Of a stretch of 64,000 nt of DNA, positions 1-11,659 are shown in pieces. A program made the translations under genes and the position numbers. A model generated the notes under the pieces. The model had not been told where the DNA came from. It saw nothing but the letters and a program-made list of their open reading frames with translations, and searched no databases. Position 1 is the first letter of the stretch. Every line of letters starts with the position of its first letter. This DNA comes from Vicugna vicugna. Taxonomy: Eukaryota. The stretch lies in NCBI GenBank assembly GCA_013265495.1, contig MU058781.1:5998118-6062117 (forward strand), given 5' to 3'.

Positions 1-184
1 CATATAAGGACAAATTAAGAAGGCAGTCCTCTACAAGCCTAGAACAAAGTCCTCACCAGAAACTGACCATGCTGACACCTTGATTTTAGCCTTGTGGCCT
101 TCAGAACTGTGAGAAAATAAATTTCTGTCGTTAAGCCACCCAGTCTGTGGTGCTTTATCATGGCAGCTTGAGCTGAGTAATGCA
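1..184 (+). mobile_element. MLT1A/B-type ERVL-MaLR LTR, 3' part
   Basis: Contains 'cagaactgtgagaaaataaatttctg..ttaagccacccagtctgtggt..atggcagc', the typical MLT1 3' end. Confidence 0.85.
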
Positions 185-304
185 CAATGGAAGTGGAATG
201 AAGGATGGAGGGATATATCAGATGTGGGGCATAAGGAGAGTGAGGAGCCAAGGGTTGGATGAGTGTCCAGGCTTGGTGTGAACAGAAGGAAGAGAATAGG
301 GTCT

Positions 305-600
305 AAAAAAAGTTATCTACCCAGAACGCTATATTCAGGGGAAGCATCCAGGGGAAGCACAAAGGTGGAATCAAGATACTCTCAGATGAAGGAGAACTAA
401 GAGAATTTGTCACCAGCAGACCAACCCTAAAGAACGAGTAAAGGAAGTTCTCTAAACATCAGGGAGAAAGAAAGGGCCAGTGAGCAAAAATATGGATAAA
501 CATAGTAGATTTTCTGTCTCCTCTTGAGCTTTCTGAATTATGCTTCATTGGAGAAGCAAAAATTATACCAATGTCTGGTTCTAAATATGTGTAGAGGAAA
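305..600 (+). mobile_element. Old L1 (L1M) fragment, ORF1 C-terminal region
   Basis: 'ctcagatgaaggagaactaagagaatttgtcaccagcagaccaaccctaaagaa..aaggaagttct' resembles the end of L1 ORF1. Confidence 0.7.
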
Positions 601-1683
601 TAAGAAAATTAGATGTCATCAAAATTGAAAACTTTTGCTCTGTGAAAGACCCTGTTAGGAGGATGAAAAGACATGACTCTGAGTAAATATTTGCAAACCA
701 GATATCCATCAGAGGATATACAAAGAATATACAAAGAACTTGGAAAAACCAGCAGTTAAAATACCAATTAGAAAATGGGCAAAAGGAATGAAGAGACATT
801 TCACTAAAGAGGACATACAGGTGGCAAATAAGCACATGAAAATATGTTCAACATCATTAGCCATTAGGAGGATGCAAATTAAAAACATGAGATATTACTG
901 TGCATCTATCGGAATGACTAAAATAAAAAACAGTGACCACCACCAAGTGCTGGTGAAGATGTAGAGAAACTGGATCCCTCCTACATTTGGTAACCCCGAA
1001 CCACACAGCCTCTCTGGAAAACAGTTTGCAGTTGCTTTAAAAAATAAATGTGCAACTACCATATGAGCCAGATATTGGCCTCTGGAGTGTTCACCCCAGA
1101 GAAAGGAAGACTTATGTTCATACCAAAACCTGTCCATAAATGTTTGTAATAATTTTATGTGCGATAGCCAAAAACTGGAAACACCTTGAAAGTCCTTTGA
1201 ATGAGTGGATGTTAAACAAACCACAGTACATCCAAAGGACGGAATACTATTTGGCGATAATAAGAACAAACTATTGATGTGAGCCGCGACCTGGATGAGT
1301 GTCCTGAGAGTTATGCTGCATCAAAAGAGCCAATTCCAAAAGGTTGTGCACTGAGAGATGCCATTTGTATAACAGAGTTAAAATAACAAAATCATAGAAA
1401 TGGAGAACTGGCTAGTGGTTGCTAGGGTCAAGGAGGGGATGGTGGTAGGAGAGAGGCTGATAAAGGCTATATGTGGCTATAAAGGCCGACATGAGAGACC
1501 CTTGTGGTGGCAGGAATACTCTGTACCTTGATTGAAGCAATGCTAATATCCTGGTTGGAACAGGGTGCTCCTGTTTTGCAAGATGTTGCTATAGGAGTGA
1601 ACTGGGTAAAGAGTATGTGGGGTCTCTGGATTATTTCTTACGACTGCATGTGAATCTACGGTTCTCTCAAAATAAAAATAATT
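601..1683 (+). mobile_element. L1MC/L1MD-type LINE-1, ORF2 3' end plus 3' UTR
   Basis: ORF 740-964 (PIRKWAKGMKRHFTKEDIQVANKHMKICSTSL) is decayed ORF2p C-terminus; ends in 'ctgcatgtgaatctac..tctcaaaataaaaa'. Confidence 0.9.
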
Positions 1684-2559
1684 GTAAAAGCTCGGCACTG
1701 GGTAGGTCACTCCAATGGATCTTGTCTTTGTCTATGGCAGGACTCCAGGTGAAACCAGAACTGCCTGGGCTTTGTCTCCTCCCCGCCTTCCCTCTGCCAC
1801 CACCCCCTCCCAGCTGTCACTGTTACCCAGTCTGTGTGGGGCACTGGGCCCAAGGCTGGAGTTCTCTTCCAGACCTACACTAACCTTGACACTCTGCTCC
1901 TGGGAAACAGTGCCTAAAGTCCTTTGTATTCACCAGATTATCTAAATCTTTCAAAGGCCTCAAGGGCGAGATTTGGGACAAAGAGGCCATGATCGCTGAA
2001 GATTTCTACCAAGGGTCACATGCTCTTGGGGGTAGGTGCCAGCACCTCAGAAAGCCAGACTGAACTAGCTGCATCTTTGTGGTCCCCAGTATGTGGGGCA
2101 GCCAGTTTTACCATATGCCTGAAGGGGTCGAACAACAGTCCAAAGGACCCCCCCTCTTCTGCCAGGAGACCCTGATACACATTTCCTAAGATTGACTGTT
2201 ACCTTGTAGAGTCTAGTCAGCCCTGATCCGGAGATGAAGTTTGAATTGACACTGTTTAAACTTTAAGGCAACAAAACTGGAAGAGACTGAAATACTGTTA
2301 TTTGAAAAGTCTAGATTGTTCCTATTGTCTGGTGTGGTGTCTCGGTGGCTTATGAGGACACTTCCAAGCTAATAAAAAAAAATCCTTTTACTATGAACAT
2401 GTAGTGAGGAGGGAGTCCCTTTGCCCGCAGACTTCATTCCTAATCACACCTGCTACAATAAATGCCTTGTTTTCCAGTCTTCTGCCTTCATCCGGAAGTC
2501 CTCTCCATCAGCGGAAAAAGCCCTAGATGGGCAGAGCCCTCCACCACGAAGTCCATGTG

Positions 2560-2660
2560 CTTGAGCATGGCTGAGCCTCAGGTTTCTCATTTGTAAAACA
2601 AGAGACAGGTATTTGGAGAAGCTCTAAGAATTCTTCTAGGTCTTCTAATCCATGACCCTA
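2560..2660 (+). mobile_element. MIR SINE fragment
   Basis: Core 'ctgagcctcaggtttctcatttgtaaaa'. Confidence 0.6.
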
Positions 2661-3369
2661 CAAAAATATTCTTATCTTCCAGCACTGCCTTGCAAAACTG
2701 TCATTGTCACATGTTAAAAATAAAGTGATATCAGCCTGAACTTATCTTTGTGGGGGCAAGATGTTCTTTAAGAAAATAAGACATCGATGAGTCATTGGTT
2801 GGGAAGAGTTGGCACCAGTGCCTAGTATAGAGGAAGAGCGCAGGCTATAATATAGGAGGAAATTCAGCGTTTAAGAAAATGAATGAAATTTGGACCTGGA
2901 GGCGGGGCATAGTCCCCCCAACCCCAGTTCCCCAAAGACAGGCAGCAAACAGGAAAATGAATGACAAGGAGGGGCTCCCAAAAGATTTTTAAAACCAGTG
3001 ATGCCTAATGTTCAGTTTTAAGATGTGTACATTACTGGGCTGCAACCCATCTCCCCAACAACTTCAGGAACAACTTCATTTCAGAAAGGCTTTGTGTTAG
3101 TGAGTTTTACTGGAAATCAAGAAAAGACATGGGGTTTCAGTGGATGGAATGAACAAATGGTAAACCATGAGTGGAGCGGACAATAGGCACATGGTGGGGA
3201 GGCCCTGGACTTTCCAGAGGGCCTGGAAGCACCTGGCTTACATACCCTGTTCCCCCTTTACCATCTTCCCTAAGAAACCTCTGCTGAGCCTTTTCAAATG
3301 GTGACCCACCCACTTCTCCAGGTTTTTGTTTTACCAACTTTGGTAAGGCACTTACCCTACTCTGCCCCG

Positions 3370-3487
3370 ATTTATAGTTATTTGTATATCTGCCCTGTGT
3401 AGTCTGCTAGGTTGCACACTCTTTAGGGATTCTGTCCTCAGAGTGCCAAACACAGTTAGTATGCAATAGTAATTTACTGAATGGAAT
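3370..3487 (+). mobile_element. L2 3' end fragment
   Basis: 'agagtgccaaacacagttagtatgcaatagtaatttactgaatg' resembles the L2 tail. Confidence 0.55.
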
Positions 3488-6400
3488 TTGCTTCTTCGTC
3501 TTCCTCCTCTGTTCTTCTGGGAGCTTTTAGTGGGTATGAGTCACACTGTTCAGACACAGCAAGTAATAATAATAATGACATTGAATGCGAACATAAAAGG
3601 TATTCCTTATTTCTTAAAAAACATTTCTGGAGTGCTTGCAAGGAGGAAAGCGTATATATATATATGATTGAGGGGCTGGGGGCACGAGCCCTAAGTATTG
3701 AAGTGCATTTTCAATCGACAAAGATCCACATGGAATATACATTCACCCACCCTACCCCCTAAAACCGTACAGATGTTTCAGAGAAAACTGCAGGAACAGA
3801 CTTTAACCACATGACTTCTATTATTTGGTAATAAAAGGCTTAAAACACAATGCGAGCTTTTTTTAGATGCTAAGTTCTATGTGAGTAGTGCGTTGTTGAT
3901 TTCATCTGGATGCAGGGAGCCAGCAGAATTCAGCACAGAATCGAAAGAAATAAATTCCTTTCCTGCAGCTCTGATACCTGGTGACCAGGCTTTCGCTTAT
4001 TTTTCACTCTCTCCTAGATGAAATGAACATCCTTCCCAGAAGGATGCAGTTTAGACATTTGCAACCCATATACCCGTTCTCCCCACTGACAGTCACGGGA
4101 CTAAAGAGAATTCCTTGCTAAACTAGAGCTCTGTGGCCAGCAAACATGAAGTCCCTACGAAGAATGAATTGATATTTGTACCCCAATACCTGCTTCTCTT
4201 TGTGAATGAATCCTCACACCATTGTGTATTTCCTACTTCTATGCATTGGGTATAGATTTGTACCTGCCCTTATGCATATTCCTGGGAGCTAGATAGCAAG
4301 AGATATTGATCTTGTGCACCCCCAAGGAAAATTTGACAACACTGATATTGTCTGTTTACTAATGAGCTTCCTTATATAGAAGATGATAAAGCAAAATCTA
4401 ATCATAGTCATTTCCCCAAACATGCTTCCGGTATGTTCGCCTATTTCTTCGAAGGGTTTCACAAAATTTGCACCCCGGATAGTAATTTAGAACCAGTTTC
4501 TTCCTAATCATGGTGTTTCATCTGAATTGAAGCCTTCCCCTGGAGCTCATGTGATGTTCCCTCCCAAGTCCTGCTCTTGTGCAATCATTATGATCTTTAG
4601 TGACAAATTTCTTTCTTTCATAACTCTTACAGTATTTCCTTTTACTACACTTAATTCAATGTGGTTCTTTAAGTAGGTGATGTGTAGGACCGAGAGGAGG
4701 GGTAGTGCTACTGAGCAGGCCAGACCCCAGAGGGGACTGCAGCAGGTCATTTGCAAACCTCCAGCCCCACCATCTTTCCTCAAAATTTTGCAAAACTTCA
4801 GGACAGAAGGAAAACAGAAGCTAAGGAATATTCAGCAGTAGGTGGGTAGTCCCCACATCAGGCACATAGGATGGGGACCCAGCATGAGGTGCTCAAGCAT
4901 CCCATAGCTTGTCCTGGGGTCCAACCCTTCACCCCTTCCTTACCCTTCTTCTCTTCCTCTTTGTATTCATTATCCCTGTAGCTCCTCTAGTGAAAGCTAA
5001 AATAGCTGTTCTAAATAGAAACATTTACAAAACTTCACGGGGGAAAGGAGGAGGAAGATGTGGCATTACAGTGAACCGCTTTCTCTTTTTGTTTACTTCT
5101 GCAAATTCCTTCAGGGCTGCCAGACTCTTTGGAGGGACACATCACACAACACCACGTGCACCCAGGTGCTTAATACGTTAATGAATGTTAGTTAACGGTG
5201 AGAGATAATACTAGAAAGCCTGCAACATTTTATTCAGACTGTAAAATTAAAACAGAAGTCACTTAAAATTCTTTTGGGAAAAAAATGAACATATCTACTC
5301 CACCGCATTAGCCTTCTCCATCCCACCTGGTTAAGCTGCCTGCAGAGCCCTATGTCCATCATTACAACTGCTCTCCACGTTAGGATACAGACAGACACAT
5401 GGCCTCCTAACTCTGTCTTCTATTGCAGATTCTTTTCTTTCTCGGCGTTTGGCTCCAGAATCCAAAAGGCTATTCTCAGCCCAGGATTTGATCCCACCCC
5501 CTCAACCTGTTGTCTCACCTCGAGTCTGGGTCTTTTTTGCCCAGTGGCCATGAAGTCTTGGCCTCAATAACCTTTATTCAGTTTTTAAAATTAAAAGCCA
5601 CTGCAGGGTGAGGCTTGTGAGACTGAGCCTGCTGGTATAAAACTGTCAGCTCCACTGGAGCTTCGATTCCCACATCTCTCAGAGAGAAGGCCCCAGAGTT
5701 AGACTGAAGAAAGAGATGATGGTTTGTCAGAGATGAAGTAAAGATCTAGACTGTCCTGTGTCATGAGCACAGCCAGCAACTGTTGTGTGTCAAACTCATA
5801 TTCTAATTCTATCACTTTCCCCCTTTTCCCTCTCATTTCCCACATGCAATTTATCCACTGAACAGTGGGAGAAGGGCAGGACCGACAATACAGAGTCTAT
5901 ATTGCATGGAAGAGATCCCATACATTTCAGGATAGGTCAAAAATTTGCTCATCTTTCCCTATTTCAAAACCCTTATAGTGTATTTTTGCCAACATTTACC
6001 AAAGTGCTACCAACTGTGAATTTATGTAAAGGATCATGCATGCATTTTGATCATTCCATATTTAACATTTTACTAGGTCTTTATTTCAGGAAAATCTTTC
6101 TAGTCCTCCACTGATTATATTCCAAAAACCAAAGTCTGAAAAAGACTGGAATGTTGGGGTGAAACTGAAGGTGGTGGATTTCACAGGAGTCCTTGGCAAC
6201 TGAGAGGATTTCAGGGTAGAAAAGCATGGAAAGAAAGTATCTTTACAGCTTAAAAAAGATTCAAATAAACAAGGAGAGAAGCACTCTAAGCAGGAGGTCA
6301 GAACTGTTATAGGCATATAATTTTAAATGATGTTTTCAGATAAATACTGAATATTCCATTTAGGCTCAAATATAAGACTTAAAGTAAAATTTTTCTCTTC

Positions 6401-6797
6401 CTTTGTATTTGATAACAGCCCAAGCTGATTCAACAGAGAGAAATTATCATGCTGTAAGTATCCTGAGAGAGAAATTGATAACCCAGTTCCCATTCTCTTC
6501 ATATGTGTGTAAACAAATATTTCATCTTAAGAAGAGTCTTATCAGATGGTAAACATTTGGAATTTACTTATTCTGAATTTAGGGCAGCTGCTTTGGAAAA
6601 TTAAAAAAAACTTCATTTTTAAGCTGAATTACAAGTGCAGATAATTTCCCTAGATCCAAAGCTGGCCTCCTTCTTTTTTTTTAAGCAGGCAGTTCTGAAG
6701 GTAGAGAAAAAAGAGATTATCTAGAGTCATCCTTTAAAGTGGTCGAGTCATGTAGTCCTCAACATTCCTGTCCCCTTTCCTCTAGTTCCTCTCTTAC

Positions 6798-7050
6798 CCA
6801 CGCCCCAGAGACTTCATGTTGGTTTTAAAAGTCAGACACTCGGAGAAAAATGAACCTGGGTGGAAGGGAAGCTTAGCCAACGCTCCACGTGGGGGCCAGG
6901 GTGCAGGCCTCAGGAGGTCCCTGATCTGTGATTCAGCCTTGAGTTCTCGTGTTCCCCCCGGCTTTGCCCTGGAAAGAGCAGTGCCGGGCTGAACCTTGAG
7001 TTCCTGTTTATTACAACTTCAGCTGTTTGCAGCAGGGCGACAGGCAGAGT
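6798..7050 (-). other. Putative first exon of an unidentified minus-strand transcript; may begin with ATG at 6817 (MKSLGR, phase 2)
   Basis: Minus-strand donor TGG|GTAAGA at 6798/6797; ATG in context ccaacATGa; lies directly downstream of the CCAAT/GC-box promoter; TSS position is an estimate. Confidence 0.5.
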
Positions 7051-7250
7051 CCTGCTCTGATTGGCTGCCTTTCTCTGATGTAACAGCCGGCCCAGCCAAT
7101 CAACAGCTGGCACTCCGAAAGCAGAAAGATGAATTGTAACAGCCAAGGCCCTGGGAATAAAGGGGGGGGGGGCGGGGAAGAGCCCCCCCCCCCCCGCCCC
7201 AAACACACACAGACACCCGGCTTTCCGGGGGGCCCCCGACAGCCCCCTAG
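7020..7250. promoter_or_regulatory. Pol II promoter with two inverted CCAAT boxes, a C/EBP-ATF-like site and two inverted GC boxes
   Basis: TGATTGGCTG 7058-7067 and CAGCCAATCA 7093-7102; TGATGTAAC 7076-7084; GGGGCGGGG 7169-7177 and CCCCGCCCC 7192-7200; CAGCTG 7020-7025 and 7104-7109; locally GC/CpG-rich and repeat-free. Confidence 0.7.
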
Positions 7251-7895
7251 CTTTTGGAGGGGCCCGAGACAGACAGCTTGCTCTTTTCTGCCGGAAGCTC
7301 TCCAGGCAGGCCTGTTTGCAACCCCAACTCCTTGGCGCTCGGCCGAGTTCACACCATTTTCAAAGTAGGTCATTCCAAGTAATCCCAGCAGAGGAGGGAT
7401 ACGCTGTCAGTCACAGTCCACAGAGCCTGCGTGGAGGCCCAGGCCTTGCAGCGCGGGGCTGGAACAGAATGCCGGGCTGCCCTGCGGGAGGCAGCTACGG
7501 CCAGGTGCCCACTCACTCTCCAGACCCGCTTGCTTTTAAGCAAATCCGCTTTCTTGGCCGTTTACAATTGGTCAGGGACTAACCATTCTGGACAAGCCTC
7601 CAGCCGGACTTAAATGTTAACCTGAATGAAAATTCACTCTAAGGAGGATGATGTCATCTTGATTCAGTTCTTTGTTCTTCGTGCTCAGAAAATTCATTGT
7701 TATTTATGAGGCCAGTGAGTTATTTCTAAGCCGGCTTGCTGGTACCCCCGAGGAGAATGCGAGGAAAGACAGACAGATGCATACAACATTCTCCTAAATA
7801 ACGGAGTCAGGAATATGCAGATAAAACAAATGCATTTCTCATTAAGAACATAAACCTCATACATGTTCTTAAACACATAGAATTCATACTTTATT

Positions 7896-7915
7896 ACACA
7901 CACACACACACACAC
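7896..7915. repeat. (AC)10 microsatellite
   Basis: Directly visible. Confidence 0.9.
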
Positions 7916-8059
7916 TGATAAAAAGGTGAACTCCACTTTCTTGATCAATGACATGCATAGACACATGTCAAACAATGTTTAAAAGATAAATGTCATCTTT
8001 AAACATGACCTACCTTTAGGTATAATTTCAAAGTTACCTTAGCTACGCAGTTCTTCAGC

Positions 8060-8335
8060 CTGCAGTGTCCTCCTTCTCCTCCTCTGCTAGCAAAACCTAC
8101 TCACCATCAAGCCCCCTCTTAAATTCTTCCTCTTTAGGAAACATCTGGCTCCTGATTCTCAGTGATTATTTCTCTCCATTCAGAAACCCTGCAGCAATAA
8201 AAGTGGCTGATAGCACACACCTAGGAATAGCTTAGGTACGATGTGGCTGCTCTTTAATTGTTTATTACACCATAACTCCTGGAAAGCCGGGGCCAGTGTC
8301 TTATATTTCAATTGTACATCACACGTACTTAGCTC
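8060..8335 (+). mobile_element. L2 fragment
   Basis: 'aaacctactcacc..tcttcctctttaggaaac' and 'ctcctggaaagccggggccagtgtctta' are L2-like. Confidence 0.55.
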
Positions 8336-8389
8336 ATCTATTACTTTTAGGACAACGGGAGAAATGAAAGGGAGGAGGAAAAAAGAAAA

Positions 8390-8630
8390 CTCACATTTAT
8401 TGGATGCCTAGTAGGTCCCAGCCACTGTACCAAGATTTCTATCGATTTGTTTTTTCATTTAAAACTCATAACAGCCCTAGAGTGGAAGATTTGCTTTTCA
8501 TCATTTTAAAGATAAGGAAGCAGAGGCTTAGAACAGTTACATAACTTACTTACCCCAGATCAAACAGCCAGTAAGCAGAGGAACCAAGATTCAAACAAGG
8601 CTATCAGACTCTCTGCCCTTTCTACTAACT
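8390..8630 (-). mobile_element. MIR SINE
   Basis: 'catttattggatgcct..cattttaaagataaggaagcagaggcttaga..aagattcaaac'. Confidence 0.75.
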
Positions 8631-8631
8631 C

Positions 8632-9105
8632 CCTGATTCTCAATCTTGGTTGATCAGCTTTTAAAACTTTCAGATGCCTAGGCCCCACCCCTGAAGATTT
8701 TGACTCAGATTTCTAAACCCAGGAGAACAGGGAGTGTTTATTTCCTTAAATGCAATGTTGCCAGCCAGGCCTGGCATATAGTAGTGGCCAGCAACTTTTT
8801 TGTTAAATGAATAAGTGAACTCAGTCCATCCAGAGCCATGGTCCTTGGGCCTAGCTATATATTAGAATCGCCTGGAGGGCTGATTAGGCAATCTCTCTCT
8901 CTAGGTCCTGCCCCTAGAGATTCTGATGCAGTTGGTCTGGGGTGGGGCTGCCTGGCTGGCATCCTAGTTTTCAAAAACTCTCCAGGCGAATTCACATGTG
9001 CAGCCCAGGCTGAGAACCATTGGTCCAGAGCGAGGACATGGCATCTGCAGATTTTGAAAAGCTCTACAGGTAATTCTGATCGGAAGCCAGGGCTGAGAAC
9101 TGCCG
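8632..9105. mobile_element. Cluster of MER5-type hAT-Charlie fragments (with a short L2 tail at about 8765-8820)
   Basis: 'ttagaatcgcctggagg..cccctagagattctgatgcagttggtctggggtgggg..gctgagaaccattg' plus two partial copies. Confidence 0.75.
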
Positions 9106-9253
9106 CCTACACATCGTGCTGCCTCTCCCTGGGTTTTATAAATGGGAAAGCATTACTTCCTAAAAATAACTCTGTCAACAAGTATGGGCGTGCTTACCCA
9201 TGCACAGCAGTGTACCCATTTGGGGTACATTCTAGAAGAAACAATGGGGCCGG

Positions 9254-9354
9254 CTGTCACCTGATTTCTAATCTGTAACCAGTTCAGTGCTAACTTGTTC
9301 TTTGATTGCTTATCTGTCATGGACTGGTTGGAGAATGATTTATGAAACTGACAG
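9254..9354. promoter_or_regulatory. Candidate developmental enhancer (PBX-HOX, MEIS, TCF, GATA motifs)
   Basis: TGATTTATG 9336-9344, TGACAG 9349-9354, CTGTCA 9254-9259 and 9314-9319, CTTTGAT 9300-9306. Confidence 0.4.
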
Positions 9355-9954
9355 ATCAGGAGGCCTGTTTTGCAGCCAGGAGAGAGAAAATGAGTATCTT
9401 GTCTACTGAGCTCAGGGATTGCTTTTAACCTTCATAAGCTTCAATAATCAATTTGTGTGATGTTTGTGCACTGAGGTGCATATTTTCACTTAGGAATATA
9501 TGGAGGGGGAGAGTGGAGAAGAAGAAATATTAAAATGTACAGCTCTGCAAGTTGAGAGATGAGCAAGAGGAGGGGAGAAAAAGACCATGCCTGCATGGAG
9601 ACCCCAGACACGTTCAGTAACGTCTCTAATGATCTGGAAATCCAGGAAAATTACGTGCCATCTAAGTTTATACGTTGTTAGCTTTAAACATTTCTTAAAG
9701 TGCATTATCTAGAATATATCAGAAGAAAACAATTTAATACTGGGGAGAGATCTTATTACTTGGTGTAGTAAGCCCAGCAAAACCTGATGCGGTAAACATT
9801 TCTGTAAAAGTCGGATTGCCATTATATATTATTATGAACCATAAACAACAGCCACTATGATGAATCAAGGACTGGGAACATCTTAAAGAGCAAATCATTT
9901 TACAGTTGAGGAAAGCCACTTTTTATACATGTCAGGGAATTTGTATGCAATTAA

Positions 9955-10205
9955 CAGTAGGTGACATTATTAAGCACTTAACTCTGTGCCTGGCAATCTC
10001 TGACATACATCTCATGGATTCCCACTTAGTCTTCACAACAAAGAGATGAAACAAGTGCTATTATAATCCCCTTTTACAGATAAGAAAACTGAGGCACAGA
10101 GGAGGTAAGTAACTTACCCAAGGACCCACAGCTAGTAAGTAATAATTAAACTGGAACTCAAATTCAGGCAGTCTGATTTCATAGCGGATGGTTTTAACCA
10201 GTAAT
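9955..10205 (-). mobile_element. MIR SINE, near full length
   Basis: 'ttttacagataagaaaactgaggcacagag..aacttacccaagg..cacagctagtaagt'. Confidence 0.9.
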
Positions 10206-10544
10206 AAATGAGAAATAACATTTTCCTTATGCTGAGTTTATGTTCTTTTAAGCAATTGCATCTTTTTCATTTTATGTGACCCTGGCATATGGTAATCAGA
10301 GAAAACAGATTTCTGGAAGGAAAGCAACCATTGCTTCATCCCCAGTTTAACTGCACACCCCCTCCATTAGTTTCCACTACTAAACACAATTTCTAAAACA
10401 CCTTTCTTCCAGAACTGAAATGCAGTTCAACAAATAGGGTAAGCACCGACTATGTGTAAGGTTACCATGCATGATTAGAAAATGAGCAAAAATAAAGCCC
10501 TTGTCTTTAAGAATCTTTTAGAAATGAAGACAAATCCTGGCGTC

Positions 10545-11095
10545 TCTGTATGCAATCCTTCTGTGACTTTTCTCTCTTCATATGGGATCCAAATCCCAAC
10601 CCAGCCTTGGAGACCTGGCATGATTTGGTCCCTCCCCATTTTCCAGCCCCAGGTCCCTCCCTCTCTGTCATGGGAGTGAGCTTCAACCATATTGGGCTTC
10701 TCTTGGAGACTTTAATGCACCACATCCTTTCCAAGGTCAAGGTCTCTGCCTGCACTGTTCCCACCATCTCACACGCTCCTCCCTGCCTGGTCCTGCAGCT
10801 AGAAACTCCTCTGCATCTGCAAATCTTAGCTCTAACATCACTTTCCCAGGAAAGACTTCCCCGACAGGAGGCACCTGGTCCCAGCCCTCTGCTGAAATCT
10901 CTCATAGCCTCCTCTTCTTTTTCTTTGTGGAATTTAACCACTGTCTTTGGTATTTATTTGGGGAGTCATTTGTTGAGTGTTTCTGTCTCCCACCTGCTTG
11001 TAAAGTCCCCTGAGGAGGGAAGAGGGTGTGTATTACTCTATTTCCTGCATCTAGCACCTGCAATCTACCACACAGTAGAATCCAAATATTTGTTT
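10545..11095 (+). mobile_element. L2 LINE 3' region
   Basis: 'gagacctggcatgatttggtcc', 'catcactttcccaggaaagacttccccgac', tail 'cacacagtagaatccaaatatttgtt'; explains ORFs 10507-11098. Confidence 0.8.
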
Positions 11096-11124
11096 TAAGA
11101 TATATTTTTCCACTTACATGTCAT

Positions 11125-11277
11125 CTGTACCTTGGGTCTCAGGGGTAGTGATGGCTCTGAGATCACTGATCCCAGGGTCCTGCTCAATCCCTGGTTCTTC
11201 TTACATGCCCTGCTCACACCTCCCCAAATTACCCTGTTAATAGTGTGTCCTTTGTTTCCTGCTGGGACTTTGATACA
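11125..11277 (+). mobile_element. LTR33-like ERVL LTR fragment
   Basis: Ends 'gtgtgtcctttgtttcctgctgggactttgataca'. Confidence 0.5.
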
Positions 11278-11659
11278 GGTAGGAATTAGGTGGGTGAAAA
11301 ATTAAAATAAAATAAAATTAGTGGTACAGATGAAAAATTAGTGGTTCTAGAAGCATAGAGAGAATTGAATACTTAACCATTTTCATATTTTCATTTGAAT
11401 TTCTAAACATCACAGTGGCTAAGCATTTACCTGTAAATTAAACATATATATGGAGTGAACTGACACTGGGTCAGGTGACAGCATATTAAGGGGATCAAAA
11501 GCACAATTCAGTACTGATAAAACAGGCTCCAAGTTAAGTTAAACCAGAGGAGAGGACCCAGAAGTCCAAGAGCATCCTGGCTTCCACTGCAAGACCACTT
11601 GGAGGTCAGGAAAGGGGCTCTTAAAAAAATTATAAAGCAAATATGACTTTTTTTTTCTT

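Noticed and set aside
740..964. ORF resembling a real protein
   Set aside because: Decayed L1 ORF2p C-terminus, not a host gene
3481..3762. ATG-initiated 93-aa ORF (MEFASSSSSS...)
   Set aside because: Starts in an L2 tail, low complexity, no recognisable domain, weak splice signals
5068..5090. Similarity to mature miR-128 (acagtgaaccg..tctctttt)
   Set aside because: Seed mismatch and no complementary 5' arm, so no pre-miRNA hairpin
6910..7613. Several overlapping ORFs in the GC-rich region
   Set aside because: Expected from high GC content and homopolymer runs in a promoter; no known domain
10507..11098. Long ORFs of 144 and 182 aa
   Set aside because: Lie within L2 3' sequence; chance stop-free frames
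11368..11428. 14-nt match to miR-27 (tcacagtggctaag) with a weak inverted repeat
   Set aside because: 3' end differs from miR-27, the stem is short and mismatched, and no miR-23/miR-24 neighbours are present
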